Shown: piece after piece, positions 8,700 to 18,058 of the stretch
Layout: the number at the start of each line of letters is the position of its first letter
Numbering within the stretch: position 1 is the stretch's first letter
NCBI GenBank assembly: GCA_944385585.1
Contig: CALWXU010000002.1
Location: forward strand, 3,927-67,926
Length of the DNA: 64,000 bases
From: an uncultured Flavonifractor sp.
Lineage (GTDB): Bacteria; Bacillota; Clostridia; Oscillospirales; Oscillospiraceae
Reading direction: 5' to 3'
Program-made: the position numbers and the translations under genes
The notes under the pieces: generated by a model
What the model saw: only the letters and a program-made list of their open reading frames with translations
Told to the model about the DNA's origin: nothing
The model's database searches: none

Positions 8700-10598
8700 A
8701 TGATTGATATCTCCGTCTCGAACCTGTCCAAGGAGTTCGAGGTAGGCAAAAAAATCCTGAACGGCCTCACCTTCCAGGTGGACCAGGGGGAGCGGGTGGG
8801 CCTGCTGGGCAAAAACGGCGCGGGCAAGACCACGGTGTTCAAAATCCTCACCGGGGAGCTGGACTGGGACGAGGGGGAGGTGCGCATCGCCCCTGGCAAG
8901 GGGGTGGGCCTCATCTCCCAGATCCCGGTCTACCCGCCGACGTACACCGTGGAGGACGTGCTCCAGACCGCCTTTGACCGGCTCCACGCCATGGAGGCGG
9001 AGATGGCCGAGCTGGCCGGGCGCATGGGGAGCGACAGCGACCCCGCCCTTCTGAAGCGGTACGACGCCCTCACCGCCGCCTTTGAGGCGGGGGGCGGCTA
9101 CGACACCCAGACCGAGCTGAACAAGGTGTGCAACGGCCTGGAGATCTCCCCGGATATGCGGGGGCAGCTCTTTTCCTCCCTGTCCGGCGGGGAAAAGACA
9201 CGGGTTAACCTGGCCCGCCTGATCCTGGAGGACACCGACATCCTCCTGCTGGACGAGCCCACCAACCACCTGGACCTCCGGGCCACCGAGTGGCTGGAGG
9301 AGTACCTGGACCGCTATAAGGGCACGGTGCTGGCCATCTCCCACGACCGCTGGTTCCTGGACCGGGTGGTACGCCGGATCATCGAGATCCAGGACGGCAG
9401 GGCGGAGTTCTACGCCGGCAACTACAGCTTCTACGTGGTGGAGAAGGAGCAGCGGTATCAGGAGAAGCTGAAGCAGTACGAGAAGGAGCAGGCCAAGATC
9501 GCGCAGCTGGAGAAGGCCGCCGAGCAGCTGCGCATCTGGGCCTATTCGGGCAACGACAAGATCTTCAAGCGGGCCCAGTCCATGGAAAAGCGCATCGAGC
9601 GCATCCGCACCACGGACAAGCCCACCAAGGAGCGCCGCCTGGACATGAGGTTCGGGGAGAGCGAATTCCGGGGGGACGAGGTGCTCACCGTCAAGGAGCT
9701 GAAGAAGTCCTTTGACGGACGGGTGCTCTTTGACCACGTGAACCTGGAGGTGGTCGGCGGGGAGCGCATCGCCCTGCTGGGGGACAACGGCACCGGCAAG
9801 TCCACCCTGCTGAAGCTCCTCCTGGGGGAGGAGGAGCCGGACAGCGGAAAAATCCGCATGGGCCCCACGGTGAAGATCGGCTGCCTGCCCCAGATCATCC
9901 ACTTCGCCCACCCGGAGCGGAATCTGGTGGACACCATGATCTACGACCAGGACTGCTCCACCCAGACCGCCCGCAACCGCCTGGCGGCCTTCAACTTCCG
10001 GGGGGAGGACGTGTTCAAGCCGGTGTCCGCCCTGTCCGGCGGGGAGCAGAGCCGCCTGCGTTTGTGCATGCTCATGGATGAGAAGATCAACCTGCTGATC
10101 CTGGACGAGCCCACCAACCACCTGGACGTGGCCAGCCGGGAGTGGATCGAGGAGGCGGTGGAGAGCTACGAGGGCAACCTGCTCTTCGTCTCCCACGACC
10201 GCTACTTCATCAACCGCTTCGCCACCCGCATCTGGATGCTGGAGGACGGGCGGATCAACGACTTCCGGGGCACCTTTGAGGAGTACCGGGCGGCCCAGGA
10301 GCGGAAGCTCCAGGCCGCCGCCCCGGCCAAGGCAGAGCCGGAGAAGCCCAAGAAGGAGAAGCCCCGCCGCCCCGGCGGCACCAAGGAGCTGGAGAAGCAG
10401 GTGGCGGCGGCGGAGCGGGCGGTGGCCAAGGCGGAGGAGCGGCAGTACGAGCTGTCGCTGAAAGCGGAAGAGGTGGCCTCCAACTACCTGGAGCTCCAGA
10501 AGGTCTATGAGGAGCAAAAGGCCCTGGAGGAGGAGATCGCCGCCCTCTACACCAGGTGGGAGACCCTGGCGGCGGAGCTGGAGGAGGCCAAAGGGTGA
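8700..10598 (+). CDS. ABC-F family ATPase (ribosome-associated)
   Basis: Two ABC domains (GKNGAGKT, GDNGTGKS; LSGGE; LDEPTNHLD twice), helical linker, C-terminal coiled coil, no TM segments. Confidence 0.92.
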   Translation: MIDISVSNLSKEFEVGKKILNGLTFQVDQGERVGLLGKNGAGKTTVFKILTGELDWDEGEVRIAPGKGVGLISQIPVYPPTYTVEDVLQTAFDRLHAMEAEMAELAGRMGSDSDPALLKRYDALTAAFEAGGGYDTQTELNKVCNGLEISPDMRGQLFSSLSGGEKTRVNLARLILEDTDILLLDEPTNHLDLRATEWLEEYLDRYKGTVLAISHDRWFLDRVVRRIIEIQDGRAEFYAGNYSFYVVEKEQRYQEKLKQYEKEQAKIAQLEKAAEQLRIWAYSGNDKIFKRAQSMEKRIERIRTTDKPTKERRLDMRFGESEFRGDEVLTVKELKKSFDGRVLFDHVNLEVVGGERIALLGDNGTGKSTLLKLLLGEEEPDSGKIRMGPTVKIGCLPQIIHFAHPERNLVDTMIYDQDCSTQTARNRLAAFNFRGEDVFKPVSALSGGEQSRLRLCMLMDEKINLLILDEPTNHLDVASREWIEEAVESYEGNLLFVSHDRYFINRFATRIWMLEDGRINDFRGTFEEYRAAQERKLQAAAPAKAEPEKPKKEKPRRPGGTKELEKQVAAAERAVAKAEERQYELSLKAEEVASNYLELQKVYEEQKALEEEIAALYTRWETLAAELEEAKG

Positions 10599-11251
10599 AG
10601 CTGAGACAGAGAACCAAAACCTATTATCGCCCCTATGAGGGCCGGCGACGGCCCCTTTGGCAGAAACTCCTGCTGGCGGCGGTGCTGCTGGCGGCGGCCG
10701 CCTTCGCCGTGCTGGAGGGGATTGTGCTCTCCGGCGGCCGCACCCAGGTGGCGGAGGGGGCGGAGGCCCCGGAGGTCATGGTGGTGTTTGGGTGTAAGGT
10801 GGACCCGGACGGGCCGTCGATCCTGCTCCGGGACCGGCTGGACACCGCCCTGGCCTATCTGGAGGACCACCCGGACATGACGGTGGTGGTCTCCGGCGGG
10901 AAGGGGGACGACGAGCACGTCTCCGAGGCCCAGGCCATGTACGACTACCTGGTGGAGCGCGGGGTGGACGGGGAGCGGATCGTCCGGGAGGACCAGTCCC
11001 GCAACACCTGGCAGAATGTCAACAACACCCTGGACCTCTTCCGGAGCGGGGCGGCGGCGGACCCGGACCGGGTGCTGCTGGTGTCCAGCGACTTCCACCT
11101 GACCCGCATCCAGATGCTGTGGAACCGGGCCAGCGGCGGCGGAGACGCCCTCTCCACCCTGGCCGCGCCGGTGAGCCACTTCCCCTCCAGGGTGCAGATG
11201 TTCTTCCGGGAGCCCTTCGCCCTGGTAAAGTCCTTTTTGTTTGACAGGTGA
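10595..11251 (+). CDS. YdcF/ElyC/SanA (DUF218) family protein
   Basis: N-terminal TM; RLDTA, VSGGKG, SEAQAM, EDQSRNTWQN, SSDFHLTR; GTG start overlapping the ABC-F stop. Confidence 0.88.
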   Translation: MKLRQRTKTYYRPYEGRRRPLWQKLLLAAVLLAAAAFAVLEGIVLSGGRTQVAEGAEAPEVMVVFGCKVDPDGPSILLRDRLDTALAYLEDHPDMTVVVSGGKGDDEHVSEAQAMYDYLVERGVDGERIVREDQSRNTWQNVNNTLDLFRSGAAADPDRVLLVSSDFHLTRIQMLWNRASGGGDALSTLAAPVSHFPSRVQMFFREPFALVKSFLFDR

Positions 11252-11263
11252 TGGAATTTGGAA

Positions 11264-12331
11264 ATGCTGGAAAAACTACGGTCGCTGGACCTCCACTACG
11301 CCGATGTGGAGGCCCGGCTGAGTGCGCCGGAGACCTATGACGACCCCGCCCTGGTGGCAAAGCTCAACAAGGAGCAGCGGGAGCTGGAGCCGGTGGTGAC
11401 CGCCTACCGCGCCCTCCAGCGCCGCCGGCGGGAGCTGGCGGACGCGGAGGAGCTCCTGTCCGACCCGGACATGAAGGAGCTGGCCCAGGAGGAGCTCCAC
11501 CAGGCCAAGGAGGACGTGGTCCGGCTGGAGGAGGAGCTCAAGGTGCTCCTGCTGCCCCGGGACCCCAACGACGACAAGAACGTGATCGTGGAGATCCGGG
11601 CCGGCGTGGGCGGGGAGGAGGCGGCCCTGTTCGCCCACTCCCTGTTCCGCATGTACTCCATGTACGCCGACGCCCGCCGCTGGAGGGTGGAGGTGGACTC
11701 GGCGAGCGAGACGGAGCTGGGCGGCGTCAAGGAGATCTGCTTCACCATCGAGGGGGACGGGGCCTACTCCCGCCTGAAATTTGAGAGCGGCGTCCACCGG
11801 GTGCAGCGGGTGCCGGAGACCGAGTCCGGCGGGCGCATCCACACCTCCACCGCCACCGTGGCGGTGCTGCCGGAGGTGGACGAGGTGGACTTTGAGCTCA
11901 ACCCGGCGGACATCGAGATGCAGGTGTTCCGCTCCTCCGGCGCGGGGGGGCAGCACATCAACAAGACCTCCTCCGCCGTGCGCCTCATCCATAAGCCCAC
12001 CGGCACGGTGGTGGAGTGCCAGCAGGAGCGCAGCCAGTTCCAGAACCGGGACCGCGCCATGCAGATCCTGCGCGCCCGCCTGTACGAGGCCAAGGTGCGG
12101 GAGCAGGAGGAGGCCGTTACGGCGGAGCGGCGCAGCCAGGTGGGCACCGGCATGCGCAACGAGCGCATCCGCACCTACAACTTCCCCCAGGGGCGGCTCA
12201 CCGACCACCGCATCGGCCTGACCCTCTACAAGCTGGAGAGCGTCATGGACGGGGAGCTGGACGAGATCATCGACGCGCTGGTCACGGCGGACCAGGCCGA
12301 GCGCCTGAAAAGCAGCGAGGAGAAACCGTAA
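11264..12331 (+). CDS. prfA: Peptide chain release factor 1
   Basis: VQRVPETES (PxT), [18 protein letters not shown]. Confidence 0.97.
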   Translation: MLEKLRSLDLHYADVEARLSAPETYDDPALVAKLNKEQRELEPVVTAYRALQRRRRELADAEELLSDPDMKELAQEELHQAKEDVVRLEEELKVLLLPRDPNDDKNVIVEIRAGVGGEEAALFAHSLFRMYSMYADARRWRVEVDSASETELGGVKEICFTIEGDGAYSRLKFESGVHRVQRVPETESGGRIHTSTATVAVLPEVDEVDFELNPADIEMQVFRSSGAGGQHINKTSSAVRLIHKPTGTVVECQQERSQFQNRDRAMQILRARLYEAKVREQEEAVTAERRSQVGTGMRNERIRTYNFPQGRLTDHRIGLTLYKLESVMDGELDEIIDALVTADQAERLKSSEEKP

Positions 12332-12346
12332 AGGAGTGCGACAGAG

Positions 12347-12604
12347 GTGGAACTGATCATTCACTTTACCGCCCTGCCGGAGAGGCTGACCCTGGACATG
12401 GTCAAGTCCGATCTGGCCGACCTGCTGGAGGACGACGGCTGGCTCACCGGCTCCGGGGCGGACTATATCGAGCTGGAGCTGGAGGACGAGCGGGCCAACC
12501 CCAAGTACGGCATCCTCACAGTAAAAAATTACCTCCAGAAGGCCCGCTTCACCCCTGACACCACCATTGAGCTGGCGGGCACGCCGGTGGGCATCTACGA
12601 GTAG
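12347..12604 (+). CDS. Hypothetical acidic 85-aa protein
   Basis: AAGGAG RBS, GTG start, host-like codon usage. Confidence 0.75.
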   Translation: MELIIHFTALPERLTLDMVKSDLADLLEDDGWLTGSGADYIELELEDERANPKYGILTVKNYLQKARFTPDTTIELAGTPVGIYE

Positions 12605-12661
12605 GGGCGCACCGCGCTGCGCCGCCATCCATGGAACACTGTTGTAAAGGAGAAAAGACCT

Positions 12662-12781
12662 ATGAAAAAGGCCATTGGCATCCTGACCCTTCTGTCCGGC
12701 GCGGCCCTGCTGGCGGCCGGAATCCTGACGCTGGTGCAGCGTCCCCCCATCCGGCGGCGGAGCCGCACCCGCCACATCTGA
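12662..12781 (+). CDS. 39-aa single-TM small protein
   Basis: AAAGGAG RBS; MKKAIGILTLLSGAALLAAGILTLVQRPPIRRRSRTRHI; next ATG 3 nt after the stop; below the ORF-track cutoff. Confidence 0.65.
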   Translation: MKKAIGILTLLSGAALLAAGILTLVQRPPIRRRSRTRHI

Positions 12782-12784
12782 GCA

Positions 12785-13249
12785 ATGGAGTGGTATTGGG
12801 ACAGGGAACTGCGGGAGAAGGCCAGGGCCTATGTGGAGGAGCACCAGCTGATCTCGGTGATGAACGACACCAAGTGGGATCGGTTCCGACGGGCCATGGA
12901 GAAGGAGATGCCCTTCCCGCCGGCCTATCATCTGAAGACCCTCTTTGACCCGCCGGAGGAGATCCGGAGCTTCAAGGACGAAAAAGAGGTGTGGTATGGG
13001 GGGGACTACGACCGGGAGGCTTTCGCGGGCTGGCTGTACTACTTGATCGAGTGGGTCCAGGTGGTCCCCCGGTATTGGACCATGGAGGGCGGCCGCCTGG
13101 TGCACCATCCGGTGCTCCACGACGCCGAGCCCCAGCTCCGGGCCATCCTGGAACAGTACCGCATCCCCTATGCCTGCCGGGACCACATCTATACCATCCG
13201 GGGCTATCTGCCCTCGGGGGAGGGATTGGAATGCGAACTGAGGCGCTGA
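12785..13249 (+). CDS. Hypothetical protein (DUF6678-like)
   Basis: SVMNDTKW...YYLIEWV...IYTIRGY pattern recalled for this family. Confidence 0.6.
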   Translation: MEWYWDRELREKARAYVEEHQLISVMNDTKWDRFRRAMEKEMPFPPAYHLKTLFDPPEEIRSFKDEKEVWYGGDYDREAFAGWLYYLIEWVQVVPRYWTMEGGRLVHHPVLHDAEPQLRAILEQYRIPYACRDHIYTIRGYLPSGEGLECELRR

Positions 13250-14247
13250 CCGCCCGGGATGCGGCCCGGGCCGCGGCCATCCTCCGCCAAGGCGGGCTGG
13301 TGGGCATCCCCACCGAGACGGTGTACGGCCTGGGGGCCAACGGCCTGGACCCGGACGCCGTGGGGCGCATCTTTGCGGCCAAGGGCCGGCCCCAGGACAA
13401 CCCCCTGATCCTCCACATCCCGTCGGCGGACTGGCTGGAGCGGTACTGTGAGGACATCCCCCCGTCGGCCTACGCCCTGGCGGAGCGGTTCTGGCCCGGG
13501 CCGCTGACCATGATCCTCAAACGCAGGCCCGTCGTGCCGGACGCGGTGACCGCCGGGCTGGACACGGTGGGCATGCGCTGCCCGGCCCATCCGGTGTGCC
13601 GGGCCATTCTGGAGGCGGCGGACATCCCGGTGGCCGCCCCGTCCGGCAACACCTCGGGACGGCCCAGCCCCACCACCGCCGGGCACATGTGGGAGGACAT
13701 GGAGGGAAAGATCGACGCCATTGTGGACGGAGGCCCCTGCACAGTGGGGGTGGAGTCCACCATCGTCGACCTGACCTGCACGCCTCCGCGGCTGCTGCGG
13801 CCAGGGGGGATCACCCTGGAGCAGCTGGAGGAGGCGCTGGGGGAGGTGGCGGTGGACCCCGCCGTGACCCGGCCCATGGGCGCGGGGGAGAAGCCCCGGG
13901 CCCCGGGCATGAAGTACCGGCACTACGCCCCCAGGGCCCCGGTAACGGTCGTGGCTGGAGACCCGGCCGGCAGCGCTCGCTACATCCTGGATAACGCCGC
14001 CCCAGAGGACGGGATTATCTGCTTTGACGAGTTCGCCTCCCTTTTTCCCGGGCACTATGTGGAGCGGCTGGGGCCCTCCGGCGACAAGGGGGAGCAGGCC
14101 CGGCACATCTTCGACGCCCTGCGCGCCTTTGACGATACCCCGGTGAAGGCCATCTGGGCCCAGTGCCCCGAGGCCGCCGGCATGGGCCTGGCGGTGGCCA
14201 ACCGGCTGAACAAGGCGGCGGGCTTCCACATTGTCCAGGCGGAATGA
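13231..14247 (+). CDS. sua5: Threonylcarbamoyl-AMP synthase (Sua5)
   Basis: PTETVYGLGA, KGRPQDNPLI, FWPGPLT, APSGNTSG, APGMKYRHYAP. Confidence 0.95.
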   Translation: MRTEALTARDAARAAAILRQGGLVGIPTETVYGLGANGLDPDAVGRIFAAKGRPQDNPLILHIPSADWLERYCEDIPPSAYALAERFWPGPLTMILKRRPVVPDAVTAGLDTVGMRCPAHPVCRAILEAADIPVAAPSGNTSGRPSPTTAGHMWEDMEGKIDAIVDGGPCTVGVESTIVDLTCTPPRLLRPGGITLEQLEEALGEVAVDPAVTRPMGAGEKPRAPGMKYRHYAPRAPVTVVAGDPAGSARYILDNAAPEDGIICFDEFASLFPGHYVERLGPSGDKGEQARHIFDALRAFDDTPVKAIWAQCPEAAGMGLAVANRLNKAAGFHIVQAE

Positions 14248-14251
14248 GGGC

Positions 14252-14307
14252 CGCAACCAGCCGTTGCGCCGGCTTCGCTGGACAGGATAGGACTGGGATG
14301 CTACGAT
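14252..14307 (+). promoter_or_regulatory. Palindromic operator plus SigA-type promoter for the XRE gene
   Basis: CGCAAC-N5-GTTGCG (14252-14268), then TGGACA-N17-TACGAT. Confidence 0.5.
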
Positions 14308-14326
14308 AGCTGTGAGGTGATCCTGT

Positions 14327-14860
14327 ATGACCCTGAGCGAACGGCTCCAGTTCTATCGAAAAAAGAGCGGCCTGTCCCAGAAGGAGGCGGCGGCGTCCCT
14401 CAGCGTCACCCGCCAGGCGGTGAGCAAGTGGGAGACCGGCGCGGCGGTGCCGGATCTGGACACGCTGGTCCGGCTGGCGGCGCTTTACAAGGTTTCCGTG
14501 ACCGCCCTGACCCGGGAAGAGCCGCAGGCCGGGGAGCTGCCCTTTGATTCGCTGCGCTGGGCCTCCGGATATGCGCCGGTGCGGCCCGGCTCCATCCAGA
14601 CCCTGCGGCGGCTGTCCGCGGCGGCTGCGGTGCTCGGGGCGCTGCTCTCCGCCCTGTTTCTGTGGGTGTGGCTGTATTCAGGCGGGATCACCATATCCAT
14701 AGCGGCGGCCGCGGTGCTGTTCTTCCTGCTGGGGGCGGCCTGCCGGGCGGCGGGGAATGGGCTGGACGAGCTGTTTGTGGAATTCCGCGGCCAGGACGAG
14801 GACATAGAGCGCCGCTTCCGGCTGCTGCGGGAACAGCTCCGGAAATTCACAAATCCATAA
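14327..14860 (+). CDS. XRE-family HTH regulator with two C-terminal TM helices
   Basis: LSQKEAAASLSVTRQAVSKWETGAAVPD; two hydrophobic segments. Confidence 0.88.
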   Translation: MTLSERLQFYRKKSGLSQKEAAASLSVTRQAVSKWETGAAVPDLDTLVRLAALYKVSVTALTREEPQAGELPFDSLRWASGYAPVRPGSIQTLRRLSAAAAVLGALLSALFLWVWLYSGGITISIAAAAVLFFLLGAACRAAGNGLDELFVEFRGQDEDIERRFRLLREQLRKFTNP

Positions 14861-14908
14861 CATACTCGGCATGGGATATGCTATACTGAACCTTGGAGGC
14901 GAGCGGCC

Positions 14909-16945
14909 ATGAAGCGCATCGGCATCACCGGCCCCACCGGGGCGGGCAAGACCACGGCCCTGGGGGCCCTGACCGACCTGGGCGCCTGCGTCATCGACGC
15001 GGACGCGGTGTACCACAGCCTGCTGGAGGAGAGCGCCCCCCTGCGCGCCGCCCTGGCGGAGCGCTTCGGCCCCTCCATCCTGACCCCAGAGGGTAGGGTG
15101 GACCGCAAGGCGCTGGGCAATGTGGTATTTGGGAGCCCGGACGCCCTGGCCGCGCTGAACGCCATCACCCACCGGTTTGTCCTGTCGGAGATCCACCGGC
15201 AGGTGGCTCAGGCGGAGAGGGACGGCCGCCCCGCCGCGGCCATCGACGCCATTGGCCTCATCGAGAGCGGCCTGGCGGAGGACTGCGACGCGGTGGTGGG
15301 GATTCTGGCCCCCAAGGAGCTGCGCATCCGGCGCATCATGGCCCGGGAGGGCATTTCAGAGGACTACGCCCGCAGGCGGGTGGAGGCCCAGCCGGGGGAC
15401 GGGTTCTACCGCGCCCGCTGCGACGATATCCTGGAGAACCGGGAGGACGACACCCCCGAGGCCTTCCGGGGCAGGGCAAAGGCCCTGTTTGAGCAGATTT
15501 TGCAGAATACCAAATCAACGAAGGAGGAACCAACCATGGAAGAGAAGCAGAAAACGGCGGGAGAGCTGCGGCGGGAGGCCCTGCTCTACCAGCCCAAGAA
15601 CGGCTATGACCGCCTGAGCGCCCAGGACGAGGCGGATATGAACGCCTACTGCGAGGACTACAAGAAATTCCTGGACGCCGGCAAGACGGAGCGGGAGTGC
15701 GTGGACGAGGCGGTGCGCCTGGCCCAGGCCCAGGGCTTCCAGCCCTTTACCCGCGGCATGGCGGCCAAGCCCGGCGACAAGTTCTACCGCATCAACCGGG
15801 GCAAGTCCGTGATGCTGGCGGTGATCGGCGCCAAGCCCCTCAGCGAGGGCATCAACATCGGTGCGGCCCATATCGACTCCCCCCGGCTGGATCTGAAGCC
15901 CAACCCCCTCTACGAGGACGCCGAGCTGGCCTTCCTCAAGACCCACTATTACGGCGGCATCCGCAAGTACCAGTGGGTGGCCATCCCCCTGGAGCTGCGG
16001 GGCGTGGTGGCCCTGAAGAACGGCACCACCGTCAAGGTCTCCATCGGCGGCGGCGCGGGGGAGCCCCAGTTCACCATCGACGACCTGCTGCCCCACCTGG
16101 GGAGCGAGCAGGCCAAGAAGCCCCTGGGCGAGGCCATCCCCGGCGAGAGCCTGAACCTGCTGGTGGGCAGCCGGCCCTTCCAGGACGACGAGGGGTCCGA
16201 CCGGGTGAAGCTGGCGGTGCTGGAGTTGCTCTATCAGAAGTACAACATCGTGGAGGAGGACTTCATCTCCGCCGAGCTGGAGGTGGTGCCCGCCTTCAAG
16301 GCCGCCGACATCGGCTTCGACCGCTCCCTCATCGGCGCCTACGGCCACGACGACCGGGTGTGCGGCTTTGCCTGCCTGGCCGCCCTGCTGGCCCTGGGCA
16401 CCCCGGACAAGACCGCCGTGTGCATGCTGGCGGACAAGGAGGAGATCGGCTCCACCGGCGTCAGCGGCATGAAGTCCGCCGCCTTTGACACCTTTGTCAG
16501 CGACCTGTGCGACGCCCAGCGGGTGCCCCTCAAGACCTGCTATGAGAAGTCCTTCTGCCTGTCCACCGACGTGACCGCCGCCTTTGACCCCAACTTCGCC
16601 GACGTGTACGAGAAGCGCAACAGCGCCCGGGTCAACTACGGCGTGGGCCTGTGCAAGTACACCGGCTCCCGGGGCAAGTCCGGCGCCTCCGACGCCTCCG
16701 CCGAGGTGGTGGCCTATGTCCGCCGGGTGTTCGACGAGGCCGGCGTGGTGTGGCAGATGGCCGAGCTGGGCAAGGTGGACGCCGGCGGCGGCGGCACCGT
16801 GGCCTGCTATATGGCCGAGCGGGATGTGGATACCATCGACGCAGGCGTGCCCGTGTTGAGCATGCACTCCCCCTTTGAGACCGTATCCAAGCTGGACTGC
16901 TTCATGACCTATAAGGGCGTGAAGGCGTTCTACGAGGCCAAATAA
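14909..16945 (+). CDS. coaE: Dephospho-CoA kinase reading in frame into an M18 aminopeptidase
   Basis: IGITGPTGAGKT, IDADAVYH, DRKALGNVVF, LNAITH; no stop codon before the aminopeptidase start. Confidence 0.85.
   Translation: MKRIGITGPTGAGKTTALGALTDLGACVIDADAVYHSLLEESAPLRAALAERFGPSILTPEGRVDRKALGNVVFGSPDALAALNAITHRFVLSEIHRQVAQAERDGRPAAAIDAIGLIESGLAEDCDAVVGILAPKELRIRRIMAREGISEDYARRRVEAQPGDGFYRARCDDILENREDDTPEAFRGRAKALFEQILQNTKSTKEEPTMEEKQKTAGELRREALLYQPKNGYDRLSAQDEADMNAYCEDYKKFLDAGKTERECVDEAVRLAQAQGFQPFTRGMAAKPGDKFYRINRGKSVMLAVIGAKPLSEGINIGAAHIDSPRLDLKPNPLYEDAELAFLKTHYYGGIRKYQWVAIPLELRGVVALKNGTTVKVSIGGGAGEPQFTIDDLLPHLGSEQAKKPLGEAIPGESLNLLVGSRPFQDDEGSDRVKLAVLELLYQKYNIVEEDFISAELEVVPAFKAADIGFDRSLIGAYGHDDRVCGFACLAALLALGTPDKTAVCMLADKEEIGSTGVSGMKSAAFDTFVSDLCDAQRVPLKTCYEKSFCLSTDVTAAFDPNFADVYEKRNSARVNYGVGLCKYTGSRGKSGASDASAEVVAYVRRVFDEAGVVWQMAELGKVDAGGGGTVACYMAERDVDTIDAGVPVLSMHSPFETVSKLDCFMTYKGVKAFYEAK
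15536..16945 (+). CDS. M18-family (aspartyl/ApeA-type) aminopeptidase, internal start
   Basis: AAGGAGG RBS before ATG 15536; AHIDSPRLD, HYYGGI, GHDDR, DKEEIGS, LSMHSP. Confidence 0.9.
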   Translation: MEEKQKTAGELRREALLYQPKNGYDRLSAQDEADMNAYCEDYKKFLDAGKTERECVDEAVRLAQAQGFQPFTRGMAAKPGDKFYRINRGKSVMLAVIGAKPLSEGINIGAAHIDSPRLDLKPNPLYEDAELAFLKTHYYGGIRKYQWVAIPLELRGVVALKNGTTVKVSIGGGAGEPQFTIDDLLPHLGSEQAKKPLGEAIPGESLNLLVGSRPFQDDEGSDRVKLAVLELLYQKYNIVEEDFISAELEVVPAFKAADIGFDRSLIGAYGHDDRVCGFACLAALLALGTPDKTAVCMLADKEEIGSTGVSGMKSAAFDTFVSDLCDAQRVPLKTCYEKSFCLSTDVTAAFDPNFADVYEKRNSARVNYGVGLCKYTGSRGKSGASDASAEVVAYVRRVFDEAGVVWQMAELGKVDAGGGGTVACYMAERDVDTIDAGVPVLSMHSPFETVSKLDCFMTYKGVKAFYEAK

Positions 16946-16960
16946 ATCCACACAAGCGCA

Positions 16961-17000
16961 GCACCCGTCCGCGAATCGCTCGCGGACGGGTGCTTTTTTT
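16961..17000 (+). terminator. Intrinsic terminator
   Basis: GCACCCGTCCGCGA/TCGCGGACGGGTGC stem followed by T7. Confidence 0.9.
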
Positions 17001-17176
17001 GCAGCAAAACCGGCGGGTGGATTGTCTGATCAGCAGAAAACAGGGAGGGGGGCGGAATATGGAGCGGCCCCTGTCCTTCCCGCGGGAGCTGCCGCCATCC
17101 CGCACCATCCGCCTGGCCGACAACACCGCCGGGCCGGGGCGCTGGCTGGAAGAACCGCCGGCATGGAGAGCCCGCC

Positions 17177-17206
17177 GTATAAAACCGGCCCAGGCCGCCC
17201 ATACTG
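17177..17206 (+). promoter_or_regulatory. SigG-like forespore promoter for tepA
   Basis: GTATA-N18-CATACTG matches the GHATA-N18-CATACTA consensus. Confidence 0.6.
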
Positions 17207-17236
17207 AGCCCAAAGGACATTTGGGAGGACAGGGAA

Positions 17237-17947
17237 ATGGACGAGACGAAGCCCGCCGGCGAGACCGGCAGCGACAGCGGGGAGCAGAGCGGCCAGCGGC
17301 AGCAGCAGATTGTGGACATGGGCTCGGCCACCATCACCACGGCCCGGGGCACCATCCACACCCTGACCATTGTGGGGCAGATCGAGGGGCACCAGCTCCT
17401 GCCGCCCTCGGCCAAGACCACCAAATACGAGCATGTGATGCCCCTGCTGGCGGCCATCGAGGAGAGCGACGAGGTGGACGGCCTGCTGGTGCTGCTCAAC
17501 ACGGTAGGGGGCGACATCGAGGCGGGGCTGGGCATTGCCGAGCTGATTGCCTCCATGTCCAAGCCCACCGTCTCCCTGGTGCTGGGGGGCGGGCACTCCA
17601 TCGGCGTGCCCCTGGCGGTGTCGGCCAAGAGGTCCTTCATCGCCCCGTCGGCGGCCATGACGATCCACCCGGTGCGGCTCAACGGCCTGGTGATTGCCGT
17701 GTCCCAGACGTTTACCTATTTTGAGCGCATCCAGGAGCGGATCATCCAGTTTGTCACCCGCAACAGCGCTGTGAAGCGGGAGGACTTTACGAAGCTGATG
17801 CTGCAGACCGGGGAGCTGGCAACGGACGTGGGCAGTGTGGTCTACGGGGAGGAGGCGGTGCGCATCGGCCTGATCGACGCCATCGGCGGCCTGTCCGATG
17901 CCCTGGCCTGCCTGCACCAGATGATCGATGAACGGAGACAGGGATAG
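17237..17947 (+). CDS. tepA: TepA, ClpP-like protease
   Basis: IVGQIEGH, KTTKYEHV, LNTVGGD, VLGGGHSIGVP, MTIHPVR. Confidence 0.88.
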   Translation: MDETKPAGETGSDSGEQSGQRQQQIVDMGSATITTARGTIHTLTIVGQIEGHQLLPPSAKTTKYEHVMPLLAAIEESDEVDGLLVLLNTVGGDIEAGLGIAELIASMSKPTVSLVLGGGHSIGVPLAVSAKRSFIAPSAAMTIHPVRLNGLVIAVSQTFTYFERIQERIIQFVTRNSAVKREDFTKLMLQTGELATDVGSVVYGEEAVRIGLIDAIGGLSDALACLHQMIDERRQG

Positions 17948-17950
17948 AAC

Positions 17951-17991
17951 AAGGGAGCCTGCCGCAGACTGTCATTTTGCGGCAGGCCCTT
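17951..17991. terminator. Stem-loop after tepA
   Basis: AAGGGAGCCTGCCGCAGA ... TTTGCGGCAGGCCCTT inverted repeat. Confidence 0.6.
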
Positions 17992-18058
17992 GAATTCCGG
18001 TTTCGTCTGCGGCTTGTTGCCCGGCCACGGTCTGCACAGTCGGCCGGAAATGGATTCC

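Noticed and set aside
8700-10598. Antibiotic-resistance ABC-F
   Set aside because: Host-like codon usage, core-genome context and no attenuator leader; the subfamily cannot be assigned by eye
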